Shown in pieces: positions 1 to 8,752 of a DNA stretch of 64,000 nt. The DNA lies in assembly GCA_963771175.1 (NCBI GenBank), contig CAVYSY010000039.1:128001-192000 (forward strand). The letters are read 5' to 3'. This DNA comes from an uncultured delta proteobacterium (GTDB taxonomy: Bacteria; Myxococcota; Myxococcia; Myxococcales; Myxococcaceae). The position numbers were made by a program, and so were the translations under genes. Every line of letters begins with the position of its first letter. Position 1 is the first letter of the stretch. The notes beneath the pieces are model-generated. The model saw only the letters and a program-made list of their open reading frames with translations. It was not told where the DNA came from and did no database searches.

Positions 1-185
1 CCCGAGCCGCGAGCGCCGAGGCTCTTCCCGATCTGCCCGCTGAGCGCGGTGAAGACCGCGGCGACCTGCTTGCGGGAGAGACCGGTCTCCTCGGCGATGT
101 TGAGGACGATCTCGGACTTGGTGGGGGACCTGCCAGTGGTGGGGGTGCTCTTCTTCGCAGCGCCTGCAGCCTTCTTCGCAGCCAT
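1..185 (-). CDS. HU-family DNA-binding protein (partial, runs off the window start)
   Basis: Manual translation: MAAKKAAGAAKKSTPTTGRSPTKSEIVLNIAEETGLSRKQVAAVFTALSGQIGKSLG, HU helices 1-2 with a Lys/Ala-rich leader; not in the ORF track. Confidence 0.85.
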   Translation of the reverse strand, partial: MAAKKAAGAAKKSTPTTGRSPTKSEIVLNIAEETGLSRKQVAAVFTALSGQIGKSLGARGS

Positions 186-291
186 GTGGACTCCTGTACG
201 TGGTGAGACGACGCGATCCCATACCACTGTCCGGGCCGTATGGCGGACACGGATTCAGCGAGATTGTGCGGCAACGTGTATTCGCCGGGGA

Positions 292-1095
292 CTATTTTGG
301 ACCGTCTTGGGGGGCGCGGTTCTTCGAACGGCGCGCCAGCCAGTTGCGGAGGAAGGCCTTCACCTCCGGGTGCTGGGACTCGCGGACCACCTCGGGCGGA
401 CCCGACTCGACGATGCGACCTTCGTGCATGAGGGCGATGTTGTCGGCCATGCCAAAGGCGGACGCCACGTCCGGAGTGATCACGACCGAGGTCGCCCCGA
501 GCTGCTGCCTGGCGGTGAGGATGATGTCGTTGACGGCGGCCGTGGTGAGCGGGTCCAGGCCGGCCGTGGGGTCGTCATAGAGGAGGATCCTGGGCCGGAG
601 GATGGTGGCGCGCGCGAAGCCCACGCGCTTCTGCATGCCGCCGGACAGCTCGCCAGGAAAGCGCAGGGCCGCGTGAGACAGCCCCACCATGGCCAGGGTC
701 TTGTTCACCGTCTCCTGGATTTCCTCCTCGGACATGCGGGTGCGCTCGCGCAGGGGGAACGCCACGTTGTCGAAGACGGTGAGCGAGTCGAAGAGGGCAT
801 TGGCCTGGAAGAGGATGCCCTGATTGCGGCGCATCTGGTTCAGCGCGGACTCGTCCATCCGCGCCACCTCCTGGCCCTCCACGAGCACCGAGCCCCGATC
901 CGGCTTGAGCAGGCCCATGATGTGCTTCATCAGCACCGACTTGCCCGAACCGGAGATCCCCATCAGCACGCTCGTGGTGCCCTCGGGCACCACCAGGTCC
1001 ACGCCCCGCAGGGCCTGATGGCCGTCAAAGGACTTGTGGAGATCCCTCACCTCGATGGCCAGCTTGCGTGCCGGCTCGCTGCTCGTGTCGCTCAT
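292..1095 (-). CDS. ABC transporter ATP-binding protein, MlaF/Ttg2A-like
   Basis: Walker A GISGSGKS, signature LSGGMQKR, Walker B LLYDDPTAGLDP. Confidence 0.9.
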   Translation of the reverse strand: MSDTSSEPARKLAIEVRDLHKSFDGHQALRGVDLVVPEGTTSVLMGISGSGKSVLMKHIMGLLKPDRGSVLVEGQEVARMDESALNQMRRNQGILFQANALFDSLTVFDNVAFPLRERTRMSEEEIQETVNKTLAMVGLSHAALRFPGELSGGMQKRVGFARATILRPRILLYDDPTAGLDPLTTAAVNDIILTARQQLGATSVVITPDVASAFGMADNIALMHEGRIVESGPPEVVRESQHPEVKAFLRNWLARRSKNRAPQDGPK

Positions 1096-1221
1096 CGCGT
1101 CGCCATCATACCCGCGGCCTGACCGACGACAGCGGTCCGTCGGCCATCACCCGCGGGTTGGCTTGCTCGGGGAGGGGCCTGACGCATCCCCCTGCCCTTC
1201 CAGGGTGAGCAAGGGCGCGGA

Positions 1222-1992
1222 CTAGAGGCGCTCCGCCACCAGGAGCACGTCATAGGCGAGCCGCTCCCCCTGTGGAGTGGCGTAGTCGTGCTCGATGATG
1301 CGCTGGATGCCACGCATGAGCGGGTGGTCGGGGCGCTGCAGCCGGTAGAAGGGCCACTCCAGCCAGTGGCCGAGCGGAGCCAGCAGGCCCCCGCGCCAGC
1401 GCAGCTGCCGCACGGCGAAGCGGGGCTCGAGCAGCGCGCGGAGCTCGCTCAGGGTGAAGTGGTGGTGCCAGACGATATCCGCCTCGCCCGCGGCATAGCC
1501 CGCCTCGCGTCCTCGTCCGCCGAGTCGCTGGGAGGCCCAGCGGAAGAGGCGTGGAGCGCGGAACCGGGCATTGGCCGGGTCGAGCGGCGCGAAGAGGCCG
1601 GCATGGGGCACCGAGAGCACCAGCCGCCCCCGGGGCGCGAGCACGCGGTGCACCTCGGCCAACGCAGGGGCCCGGAGCTGCTCGGGGATGTGTTCGAGCA
1701 CCTCCATGCAGAACACCGTGTCCATGGAGCCGTCGGCCCACGGCAGCCGATCCGCGGAGCCGGCCACGACTTCGGCCCCTGACATCAGGCGCTCGCGAGC
1801 GCGTGCGACTGCCGCGGCGTTGATATCCATGCCATACAGCCGGGGCACCCCCAGCTGCCGCAGGCCGACGAGCAGGTCACCGACGTTGCACCCCAGATCG
1901 AGCACCGAGCGGGCCGAGTCCGGCAGGTAGTGCAGGGGGTGCCAGGGTTTCTGGTTGGAGTGGTCGACTGCGATTGGCGTAGGGGAAGACAC
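1222..1992 (-). CDS. Class I SAM-dependent methyltransferase
   Basis: VLDLGCNVG motif I, DTVFCMEVLEH, LAPRGRLVLSVP. Confidence 0.9.
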   Translation of the reverse strand: MSSPTPIAVDHSNQKPWHPLHYLPDSARSVLDLGCNVGDLLVGLRQLGVPRLYGMDINAAAVARARERLMSGAEVVAGSADRLPWADGSMDTVFCMEVLEHIPEQLRAPALAEVHRVLAPRGRLVLSVPHAGLFAPLDPANARFRAPRLFRWASQRLGGRGREAGYAAGEADIVWHHHFTLSELRALLEPRFAVRQLRWRGGLLAPLGHWLEWPFYRLQRPDHPLMRGIQRIIEHDYATPQGERLAYDVLLVAERL

Positions 1993-2165
1993 GCGGCGGA
2001 TTGTACTGGCTGTCTGACGGGAAGTCCTACAGCGAGACCCTCAACGGTGTTGACTGTCCGACGGGAAGTCCATGCTACGGACCCCTCCCCGGTGTCCCCT
2101 CCGCTGCCTCGGAGCGCCTACCAGCCCGGCAGGCCTTCTTCCCGAAGCGCGAGGTGACCGCGACA

Positions 2166-2561
2166 TCAGTCGAGCCCCTTGCGGCCGCGGAACCGCTGTC
2201 GCAGAAACCTTCGGGCGTGTCCGTCCGCAATCAGGCGCTGCGCCTTTTTCACGACGGCCTGTGCCTCCTCCAGGGTGACCCGGTCCTCGAGCAGGGATGC
2301 AGCGAGCACGCATTGATATTCTGCGCAGCTCGCCGGACGGGCTGCGTAGATCTGGCAGTCGCGGCCCTTGAGCGCGGAGCACCTCTGTGGAAGCACCTCC
2401 GTACCGCTGCGACGGGTCTGCGTGGGAATTCCCAGTGCGTGGAGCTGGTCGACTTCCTCGGGCTCTAGCCCGACGTGGCTGAAGAGACTGCCATCGCAGC
2501 ACAGGCCGCAGCCACGGCAGAGAAGCGAGAGCGGAGATTCGGGTGCGCCATGTTCCATCAC
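2166..2561 (-). CDS. YkgJ-family cysteine cluster (CxxCxxCC) protein
   Basis: CRGCGLCC ... CQIYAARPASCAEYQC. Confidence 0.85.
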   Translation of the reverse strand: MMEHGAPESPLSLLCRGCGLCCDGSLFSHVGLEPEEVDQLHALGIPTQTRRSGTEVLPQRCSALKGRDCQIYAARPASCAEYQCVLAASLLEDRVTLEEAQAVVKKAQRLIADGHARRFLRQRFRGRKGLD

Positions 2562-2648
2562 CTCCCTTAGATAGCCACGGACGGAGGGGCTGTGCCCGCG
2601 CGAGTGGGGGGGCAGGCGAGGGCTCGCTATTCATGGAGCCCGGACGCG

Positions 2649-3920
2649 CTACGGCTTGCGCGTGGGGCCCCGTGAGGCAGCGGCCGCCTCTCGCAGCTTG
2701 TCCTTCTTGCTCTTGCGCTTGCCCTTTACGCCGCCGTGCGGGTCCAGAGCCGGCGGGGCGAGCTCGGTCGGCTCGAACCCCGCGATGCGCTCCCGCGGGA
2801 GCGCGAGGTGGTGACGGCGCTCGATGAGCCGGAAGTGGGCCTCGGTGCTCGCGGTAACGAAGCTGACCGCCACGCCAGCCTGTCCCGCGCGGCCCGTGCG
2901 CCCGATGCGGTGCAGGTAGTCCACCGTAGAGCGCGGCAGATCGTAGTTCACCACCGCGGGCAGCTGCGCGATGTCCAGACCGCGGGCGGCCACGTCCGTG
3001 GCGACGAGCACCTTCACGCGCTGGGCCTGGAAGTCCGCGAGCGCCTGCGTGCGCGCGCCCTGGCTCAGCTCGCCGTGCAGGGCTGCCGCGACGATGCCGG
3101 CGCGATTCAGCTTCAGCGCGACGTGGTCCGCTCCATGGCGGCTCGCCACGAAGACGAGGACATGGGACCACGCGTGCTTCTCGAGGAGCCAGCGCAGCAG
3201 CGGCGTGCGCTTGTCCGTGTCCACCTCGATGGCGCGCTGCTCGATGGCGCGCGGGGCCTCCGGCTCGCCGACGGGTGGCGAGGACGCCTCCATGCTGACG
3301 CGAGTGGGCTCGTGAAGGAGCTGCGCCGCGAGCGTCTGCACCGCCTGCGGGAAGGTAGCGGAGAAGAGCAGGTTCTGCCGGCGGGCGGGCAGCAGCGCCA
3401 GCAGGCGCGTGAGCTCGTCGGCGAAGCCTGGCGAGAGGAGCTGGTCGGCCTCGTCGAGCACCAGCGTCTCCACCGAGGAGAGCCGCAGCGCGTTCTGCTT
3501 CGCGAGGTCCAGCGCGCGTCCGGGCGTCGCCACCACCAGGTCCGCCCCACCGCGCAGCGCCATCATCTGGGGATTGGCCGAGACGCCGCCCACCGCGAGA
3601 CAGCTCTTCAGCGGCCTCGGCAGGTAGCGTCCGTAGCGGCCAATCGCCTCGGAGATCTGCGCGGCGAGCTCGCGCGTGGGGACGAGCACGAGGGCGCGCA
3701 CCTGCCTCGGCACGCGGCCTGGGTTCGCACTCAGGGCGTGCAGGATGGGCAGGACGAACGCGGCGGTCTTCCCCGAGCCCGTCCGCGCGCAGGCCAACAC
3801 GTCGCGGCCCCGCAGCACCGCGGGGATGGCCTCGCGCTGGACCGGCGTGGGCGCCTCATAGCCGAGGTCGGCCACGGCACGGGCGATCGGCTCGCAGAGG
3901 CCGAGAGAAGTGAAGGTCAT
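2649..3920 (-). CDS. DEAD-box RNA helicase (RhlE-like)
   Basis: TGSGKT, PTRELA, DEAD, SAT, ARGLD, HRIGRTGR motifs. Confidence 0.95.
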   Translation of the reverse strand: MTFTSLGLCEPIARAVADLGYEAPTPVQREAIPAVLRGRDVLACARTGSGKTAAFVLPILHALSANPGRVPRQVRALVLVPTRELAAQISEAIGRYGRYLPRPLKSCLAVGGVSANPQMMALRGGADLVVATPGRALDLAKQNALRLSSVETLVLDEADQLLSPGFADELTRLLALLPARRQNLLFSATFPQAVQTLAAQLLHEPTRVSMEASSPPVGEPEAPRAIEQRAIEVDTDKRTPLLRWLLEKHAWSHVLVFVASRHGADHVALKLNRAGIVAAALHGELSQGARTQALADFQAQRVKVLVATDVAARGLDIAQLPAVVNYDLPRSTVDYLHRIGRTGRAGQAGVAVSFVTASTEAHFRLIERRHHLALPRERIAGFEPTELAPPALDPHGGVKGKRKSKKDKLREAAAASRGPTRKP

Positions 3921-4015
3921 AGGCTGGCTGGCTCGGGTGGCAGGGGGGCGCGGAGACTACCCCATCCATGCATCCCATGGCATCCAGGCGGGCAAGCGCT
4001 CGAGGCTTCGCGTGG

Positions 4016-4774
4016 CTAGGAACGCGCTGGCGCCCAGATGGCGCTGTGGGCCTCCGGCGCGTCCGGGGACACTTCCGCCGTATAGAAGTAGGCCGCGACC
4101 GCGGCTCGTCCCCGTCCCTCGGGACACTCCAGCGGGGATGGGTGGCCATGCCAGTGGTCATCGCCATGAGCCATCACGACCAGCCGATCGAGGAGCGGAG
4201 CGATTCGGGTCTCGCACCTGGAGAGGTCGGCATTCCACAACTCGAGGTCGCCGCCCCAGGCGGGTTCCCAGCCGGGGTTCAGGTAGTAGAGGACGGTGAG
4301 CCGCCGCGAGAGCGCACGGAAGCGATCGCGGTTGAAGTCCGCGTGAAGCGCCAGATGGCCCCCACGAAGCGTGAGGTGCAGCCCGGCGCCCCGGAAATGC
4401 GGATCCGCGATGAGCCCCTGAACTCCGGTGAGTGTCTCCAGGAATTCGAGGAACGACATGCTCGAGAATTCCGAGAGCAGGTGCCGGAGCGCTCCGTGCA
4501 CACCTTCGAACGCCTTGCGCTGAAGCTGTCCCAGGCGCGCCGCCTGTTCCTGGTGATCGCGTCGCTTCCAACTGGCCTCGGATGCGCCCGGGAAGACCCC
4601 TGCCAGTCCGGACGCAAGCCGCTCTCCCAGGAAGCCATCGATGACGGCGTGAGGATAGGGCCGTGCGGCGCCGTAGGTGTCACGATGGGCCAGCGCGAGC
4701 GAGCGAAGCGCCGTACGAGAGAGGAAGAAGCTCGGACCCAGTAACGGGCCTTCTTCGAGGGTTGCGACGCTCAC
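4016..4774 (-). CDS. 2OG-Fe(II) oxygenase
   Basis: HADFN HxD motif, GGDLELW, WHGH; GTG start inferred from an upstream GGAGAGG. Confidence 0.85.
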   Translation of the reverse strand: MSVATLEEGPLLGPSFFLSRTALRSLALAHRDTYGAARPYPHAVIDGFLGERLASGLAGVFPGASEASWKRRDHQEQAARLGQLQRKAFEGVHGALRHLLSEFSSMSFLEFLETLTGVQGLIADPHFRGAGLHLTLRGGHLALHADFNRDRFRALSRRLTVLYYLNPGWEPAWGGDLELWNADLSRCETRIAPLLDRLVVMAHGDDHWHGHPSPLECPEGRGRAAVAAYFYTAEVSPDAPEAHSAIWAPARS

Positions 4775-4866
4775 CGGGGACCTCTCCACCTGAGTTGCTG
4801 GCCTTCGATGATGCCATAAGCGCAGAACGCACGTGCGGCGGACCTGGCAGGAGGCCGCGGCGAGGG

Positions 4867-5895
4867 TCAAGGCAGCTCGCTGAGCACCTCGTGGGTGTCT
4901 ACGTCACGGAAGGTGCGGCGGTACTGCTCGGGATCGGGTGGCTTCTGGGCACCGTGGGGGATTTCGGTACGGACGTCGATGTACTGGCGCTTGCCGTCCT
5001 GAAAGGTGCCGCGGGTGCGGATGGTGATGAGCGAGCCCTTGCTGTCGTTGGACAGGTTCACCTCGGCTTGCAGTTTGTCATTGGGCCGGTTGGCCTTGCT
5101 GTCCCAGGAGGGCATGGGTGGGGGCTCGTCGTGGATGAGCGTCTTCTGGCCTCGGGCGTTGGGCCAGGGGTCCACGTGGGTGGGGAAGAGGCCCTGCTTG
5201 TCGCGCACCGTCAGCGTCCAGTGGTTGTAGGGCTGGCCGCGCTCGTTCTTGCGCACCTCGCCGATGAAGCTCATGTTGGCGGCGTTCTTCAGGCCGCCAT
5301 GCGTCTTGAGGTGCGACAGGAGCGTCATCATCCCGTTGGGGGTGAGGCCCGCGTTGTCGCGCGTCACGTCTCCGGGGCGACTGGGAAGATAGGTCGCCGT
5401 CTTGAGGACCAGCTCCTGCAGGTGCGCGGCCTGCGTGGGCGACATCTTCCCCGAGCGCAGCGCATCCAGGGCCTGCTTTTGTTCCGGGGGGAATTGAGCC
5501 CCCTGCTTCTCCGCCGCCACCACCACCTTGGCGAGCGCCCCCGCGTTGGCCCTGGGGTCGCCGTCCAGAACCAGGGCGTCCACCACACAGGCGGCGCCAC
5601 AACGCACCGAGTCGTTGCCCCCATCAATGTTGTCAATCTGGGGGGACTGGATGACGAGCCCTTCACGGCCCTGCGGTGTGTTCAGGTCGAACACGTGCTG
5701 GCCGTTTTTGTCGTAGTTCTGCTTCGAGGCCTCCACCCCCGGAGGGCCCGCCGCCGCCTTGAAGCTCGAATCGGTGAACGAATTCCTGACCGACTGGCTG
5801 GCCTTCTCCACCGCCGGGCCGATGGCCGGCTTGAGCTCCACCGGCTTGGTGGGCGTCGGTGAGATCGCGCGCTTGATGGAATCAATGAGTCCCAT
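4867..5895 (-). CDS. Hypothetical protein, possible papain-like cysteine hydrolase
   Basis: ATG preceded by AGGAGGAG; motifs Q..RCGAAC, NHWTL, VDPWP. Confidence 0.65.
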   Translation of the reverse strand: MGLIDSIKRAISPTPTKPVELKPAIGPAVEKASQSVRNSFTDSSFKAAAGPPGVEASKQNYDKNGQHVFDLNTPQGREGLVIQSPQIDNIDGGNDSVRCGAACVVDALVLDGDPRANAGALAKVVVAAEKQGAQFPPEQKQALDALRSGKMSPTQAAHLQELVLKTATYLPSRPGDVTRDNAGLTPNGMMTLLSHLKTHGGLKNAANMSFIGEVRKNERGQPYNHWTLTVRDKQGLFPTHVDPWPNARGQKTLIHDEPPPMPSWDSKANRPNDKLQAEVNLSNDSKGSLITIRTRGTFQDGKRQYIDVRTEIPHGAQKPPDPEQYRRTFRDVDTHEVLSELP

Positions 5896-6039
5896 GCGGC
5901 TCCTCCTTTTTCGGCCAGTATACCCTGGGCGCATGAAGTTCGGTTGGGCGCCGACTCCGCGAGCCCCTGACTCCGGGCCGGTAGCCGCAGAAATTGCGCC
6001 CCTCGCTCGAACACCTGGTCGTCGGGGGGGGCAACATAT

Positions 6040-6190
6040 CCAAGACGCGCTCGGGCCACCTGGCCGTCCGGCTCTACTCGGGCTCCGCGATGGCCCTGGG
6101 CGGCGGAGGCTATGACGACAACACGGTGGAGCTGTACGACCCGTACAACAACCGGTGGACCTCGGGCCCGGCCGTGCCGTTCGGCGCGCT
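6040..6190 (+). pseudogene. Kelch-repeat remnant
   Basis: RSGHLAVRLYSGSAMALGG...TVELYDPYNNRWTSGPAVP is a single kelch blade with no surrounding gene. Confidence 0.55.
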
Positions 6191-6400
6191 CTGGTCCGCG
6201 CGGTCGCCTGTCCCTGCACAGTCCGCCAGAGCGCGCCCGCTGGCACCGCTACCACCCTGGGAGCCCTCCACAAGCCCGAGCTGCGGCTGCCGTGTGCCGC
6301 TCCCCTCGCGTGCTCGTTCGTGGCTGTCGACGCGCGCTGTCATACTCCGAACCGCCCCGCCAGGACCCTTTGGATCCTGAATCGATTGGAGGACCTGGTC

Positions 6401-7322
6401 ATGCGTCTCCGCGCGTGCATCGCACTTCTGCTCTTTCTCTCAGCCTGTACGACGACACCGCCCAGTCCAACACAGCCAGCGGCCCGGGACCCGAGGCTCG
6501 CCAACCTCCAGCGAGCGGCGACGCTGCCGTGGACGGACGGGGGGCGGTGCGCCATCCGCGAAGCTTCTGAGCCCTGGCCCGTGCTGGCGGAGCGGTGCTT
6601 TCATGCCCTCGACCATGACCGGATCGAGTTTCACGACATCACGGGACGATGCGCGGTGGCCTCTGCCGGTGCCGGTGCCGTGGGCGTCGGACTCTGTGTC
6701 TTGGCGGCGCCAGAGATCATCGTGGGAACGGTAATCGTCGCGGGCGTGGTGGTGGTGGGATTCGTCATAAAAGAGGCGCTCGATGCGTATGCTCTGGATA
6801 TGGGGCGTCCCCAGGTAAGGCCCGCGCCTGAAACGCGGCCCGTTGAAACAGCGCCCGCCCCGCAGAAGCCCTCGCAGAAAAAAAGGCCCAAGCCGGAGCC
6901 CAAAGGACCGGATTTCCCGCCTCTGGAACCACCCGAGACTTCGGAGCGAGACCGCCGCAGGTGCGAGCCCGATCCCAGTGCCGTACCACCTTGGCGGTAA
7001 TAAACTGCACGACAAGTGCGCCGACAGGATTCCGAACAACAGTTTCCCCGGCGGGGATGTGTTCGTGAATGGGAAGAACTTCGACGCGCTGCAACTGGCC
7101 ACGCGCACGCTCTGGGAGGTCAAGACCGACAACTTCGACACGTACCCGCCCGAACTTCGGAGAATTGTGCTCGAGGACCAGGTGCCGGAGCTACGGCATG
7201 AGCGCGCCCTCGCTCTGGCCTGCGGATTTGACTTCAAGGTCGGTGTGCGCAGCGCAACGCACAAAGCTGCCCTGCTCAAGCGAGACCCCACCCTCAAAGT
7301 TGTCATCATGGATTGGTGCTGA
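6401..7322 (+). CDS. Lipoprotein toxin, DUF6310-like, with C-terminal REase-fold domain (frameshift near 6970)
   Basis: Lipobox LSAC; hydrophobic segment; FDALQ...LWEVKT PD-(D/E)xK-like motif; two ORFs join across one frameshift. Confidence 0.7.
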
Positions 7323-7323
7323 A

Positions 7324-8091
7324 ATGCCTGCAACGCAAGACAACGACATTGGCATTATCGTCTACGCGCCTGCGCTCGTAGGCGCCGACAGCCGCCCTTT
7401 GGCTGTTGTTCATGGAATGGAACGCGCGTTCCCTGGCTTACGCCTGGAGTGGACGATTTCTCGCGAGGGGAAGCTGGTCCGGCTACCGCAGCGCGAGTCA
7501 TGGCTCGCCCAAGGGAGGCCGACCGGAAGGGGGTTTCGGCTCATTTGCAATGGCGACGAGAGCTACCGGGTAACGGTGTCTGGATGGGAAAGCCCTGCGG
7601 GCACCTCGCCGGGTGGTCAGGCACAGTTTGAAGTCCATGCAGCCCTGCCGCTCGACGCAACCGGCATCGCAGCGGCAGCGGACGTGCTAGAAGCTGTTGC
7701 GGAGGGCGCTCGCGCGTTCTGGGGGCGCGTGGATCCGGATGGGATGGCCGTGACAGTGTCAGAGCAGTTTCGCCACCCGGGGGAGGATCCGCATGTCCCG
7801 CCTAAAGGGCTGCCCTCGCTCAAACTCCCATGGGAACTCCCCACGCCTGAGATTCCGCATTACCTGGGATGGCTGAACTACTGGTCGGCTGCCGCCGCAC
7901 GGGCCATCGGCTTTCCGGACCCGGCCCGCGACGCGGAGCTGCTTTCGCGCTCGCGGCGTACAGCGACGGGCGGGTGGGTTGTCAGGCTCACCGATGCGCC
8001 GCTCGACCTGGACAACCCCGCCCACCTGGACGCGCTTAAACGGGCCTACGAGCGCTTCCCGGAGATTGGCGGGCGCTCCACCCCTGGATAG
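7324..8091 (+). CDS. DUF5953-like protein, putative immunity protein
   Basis: Starts 1 nt after the toxin stop; LGWLNYWS and VRLTDAPLDLDNPAH motifs. Confidence 0.7.
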   Translation: MPATQDNDIGIIVYAPALVGADSRPLAVVHGMERAFPGLRLEWTISREGKLVRLPQRESWLAQGRPTGRGFRLICNGDESYRVTVSGWESPAGTSPGGQAQFEVHAALPLDATGIAAAADVLEAVAEGARAFWGRVDPDGMAVTVSEQFRHPGEDPHVPPKGLPSLKLPWELPTPEIPHYLGWLNYWSAAAARAIGFPDPARDAELLSRSRRTATGGWVVRLTDAPLDLDNPAHLDALKRAYERFPEIGGRSTPG

Positions 8092-8113
8092 CGCTTCCCG
8101 ATTGCGTTGAGCC

Positions 8114-8497
8114 GTACCCGTCCGGCCAATGACGTGCTGAGGAGCTTGGCCGGGGTGAGGGAGGCGACGGACCCTGCCGGGCATGTCGAAGCAGGGAGAG
8201 AAGCCGGAGTGGGTCCGGGTCGCCGAGGAGTACGAGGAGAGCGGGCTGACGCAGAGGGAGTTCGCGGAGCGTCGGGGCATGACGCTGAGCACGCGTGGAG
8301 TACGTGGCGCGACTGGTGGCCGCGCTGGGGCGCAAGTCGTGCTGACGCTGCCCGGCTCGGTGAGGATTCTGCTGGCCACGCAGCCGGTGGACATGCGCAA
8401 CAGCATTGACGGGCTCATGGCCCTGGTGCGCACCGCCTGGGGCGAGGACGTGTACTCGGGACACCTCTTCGTCTTCGTCAGCCGCAAGGGCGACAGG
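8114..8497 (+). mobile_element. IS66-family remnant (left end, truncated tnpA and tnpB)
   Basis: End-like GTACCCGTCCGGCCAATGACG; tnpA-like EEYEESGLTQREFAERRG; tnpB-like ATQPVDMRNSIDGL...GHLFVFVSRKGDR; no tnpC. Confidence 0.8.
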
Positions 8498-8509
8498 GGG
8501 CAGCCACCT

Positions 8510-8630
8510 CGCCAGAGGGGGATACCGCTGACGGTCATCAAGAAGGAGCTGATGGGGCACGCGACCATCGACATGACGGAGCGCTATGCCCACCTGAGCC
8601 CGGACACGCGCAGAGAGGCGGTCGGGGTTC
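8510..8630 (+). pseudogene. Tyrosine recombinase/integrase C-terminal fragment
   Basis: ELMGHATIDMTERYAH box II with catalytic Tyr. Confidence 0.8.
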
Positions 8631-8717
8631 CTCGACCGGCCCTTTGCGCCCGCGTGCGACATACGTGCAACACGGATGGAGGAAGCTGCCAACCACCCGT
8701 AAGCACGGCGTAAAAAA

Positions 8718-8743
8718 GTGGAGGCGGCGGGAATCGAACCCGC
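8718..8743 (-). other. tmRNA/tRNA 3'-end fragment (att-site scar)
   Basis: Minus strand GCGGGTTCGATTCCCGCCGCCTCCAC = T-arm plus acceptor 3' half; no full RNA gene; next to the integrase fragment. Confidence 0.75.
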
Positions 8744-8752
8744 CGCCCTCCC

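Noticed and set aside
8183..8713. Functional transposase-integrase fusion protein
   Set aside because: Each part is a short truncated fragment lacking most catalytic residues
8718..8743. tRNA or tmRNA gene
   Set aside because: Only the T-arm and acceptor 3' half are present; the upstream sequence is mutS coding
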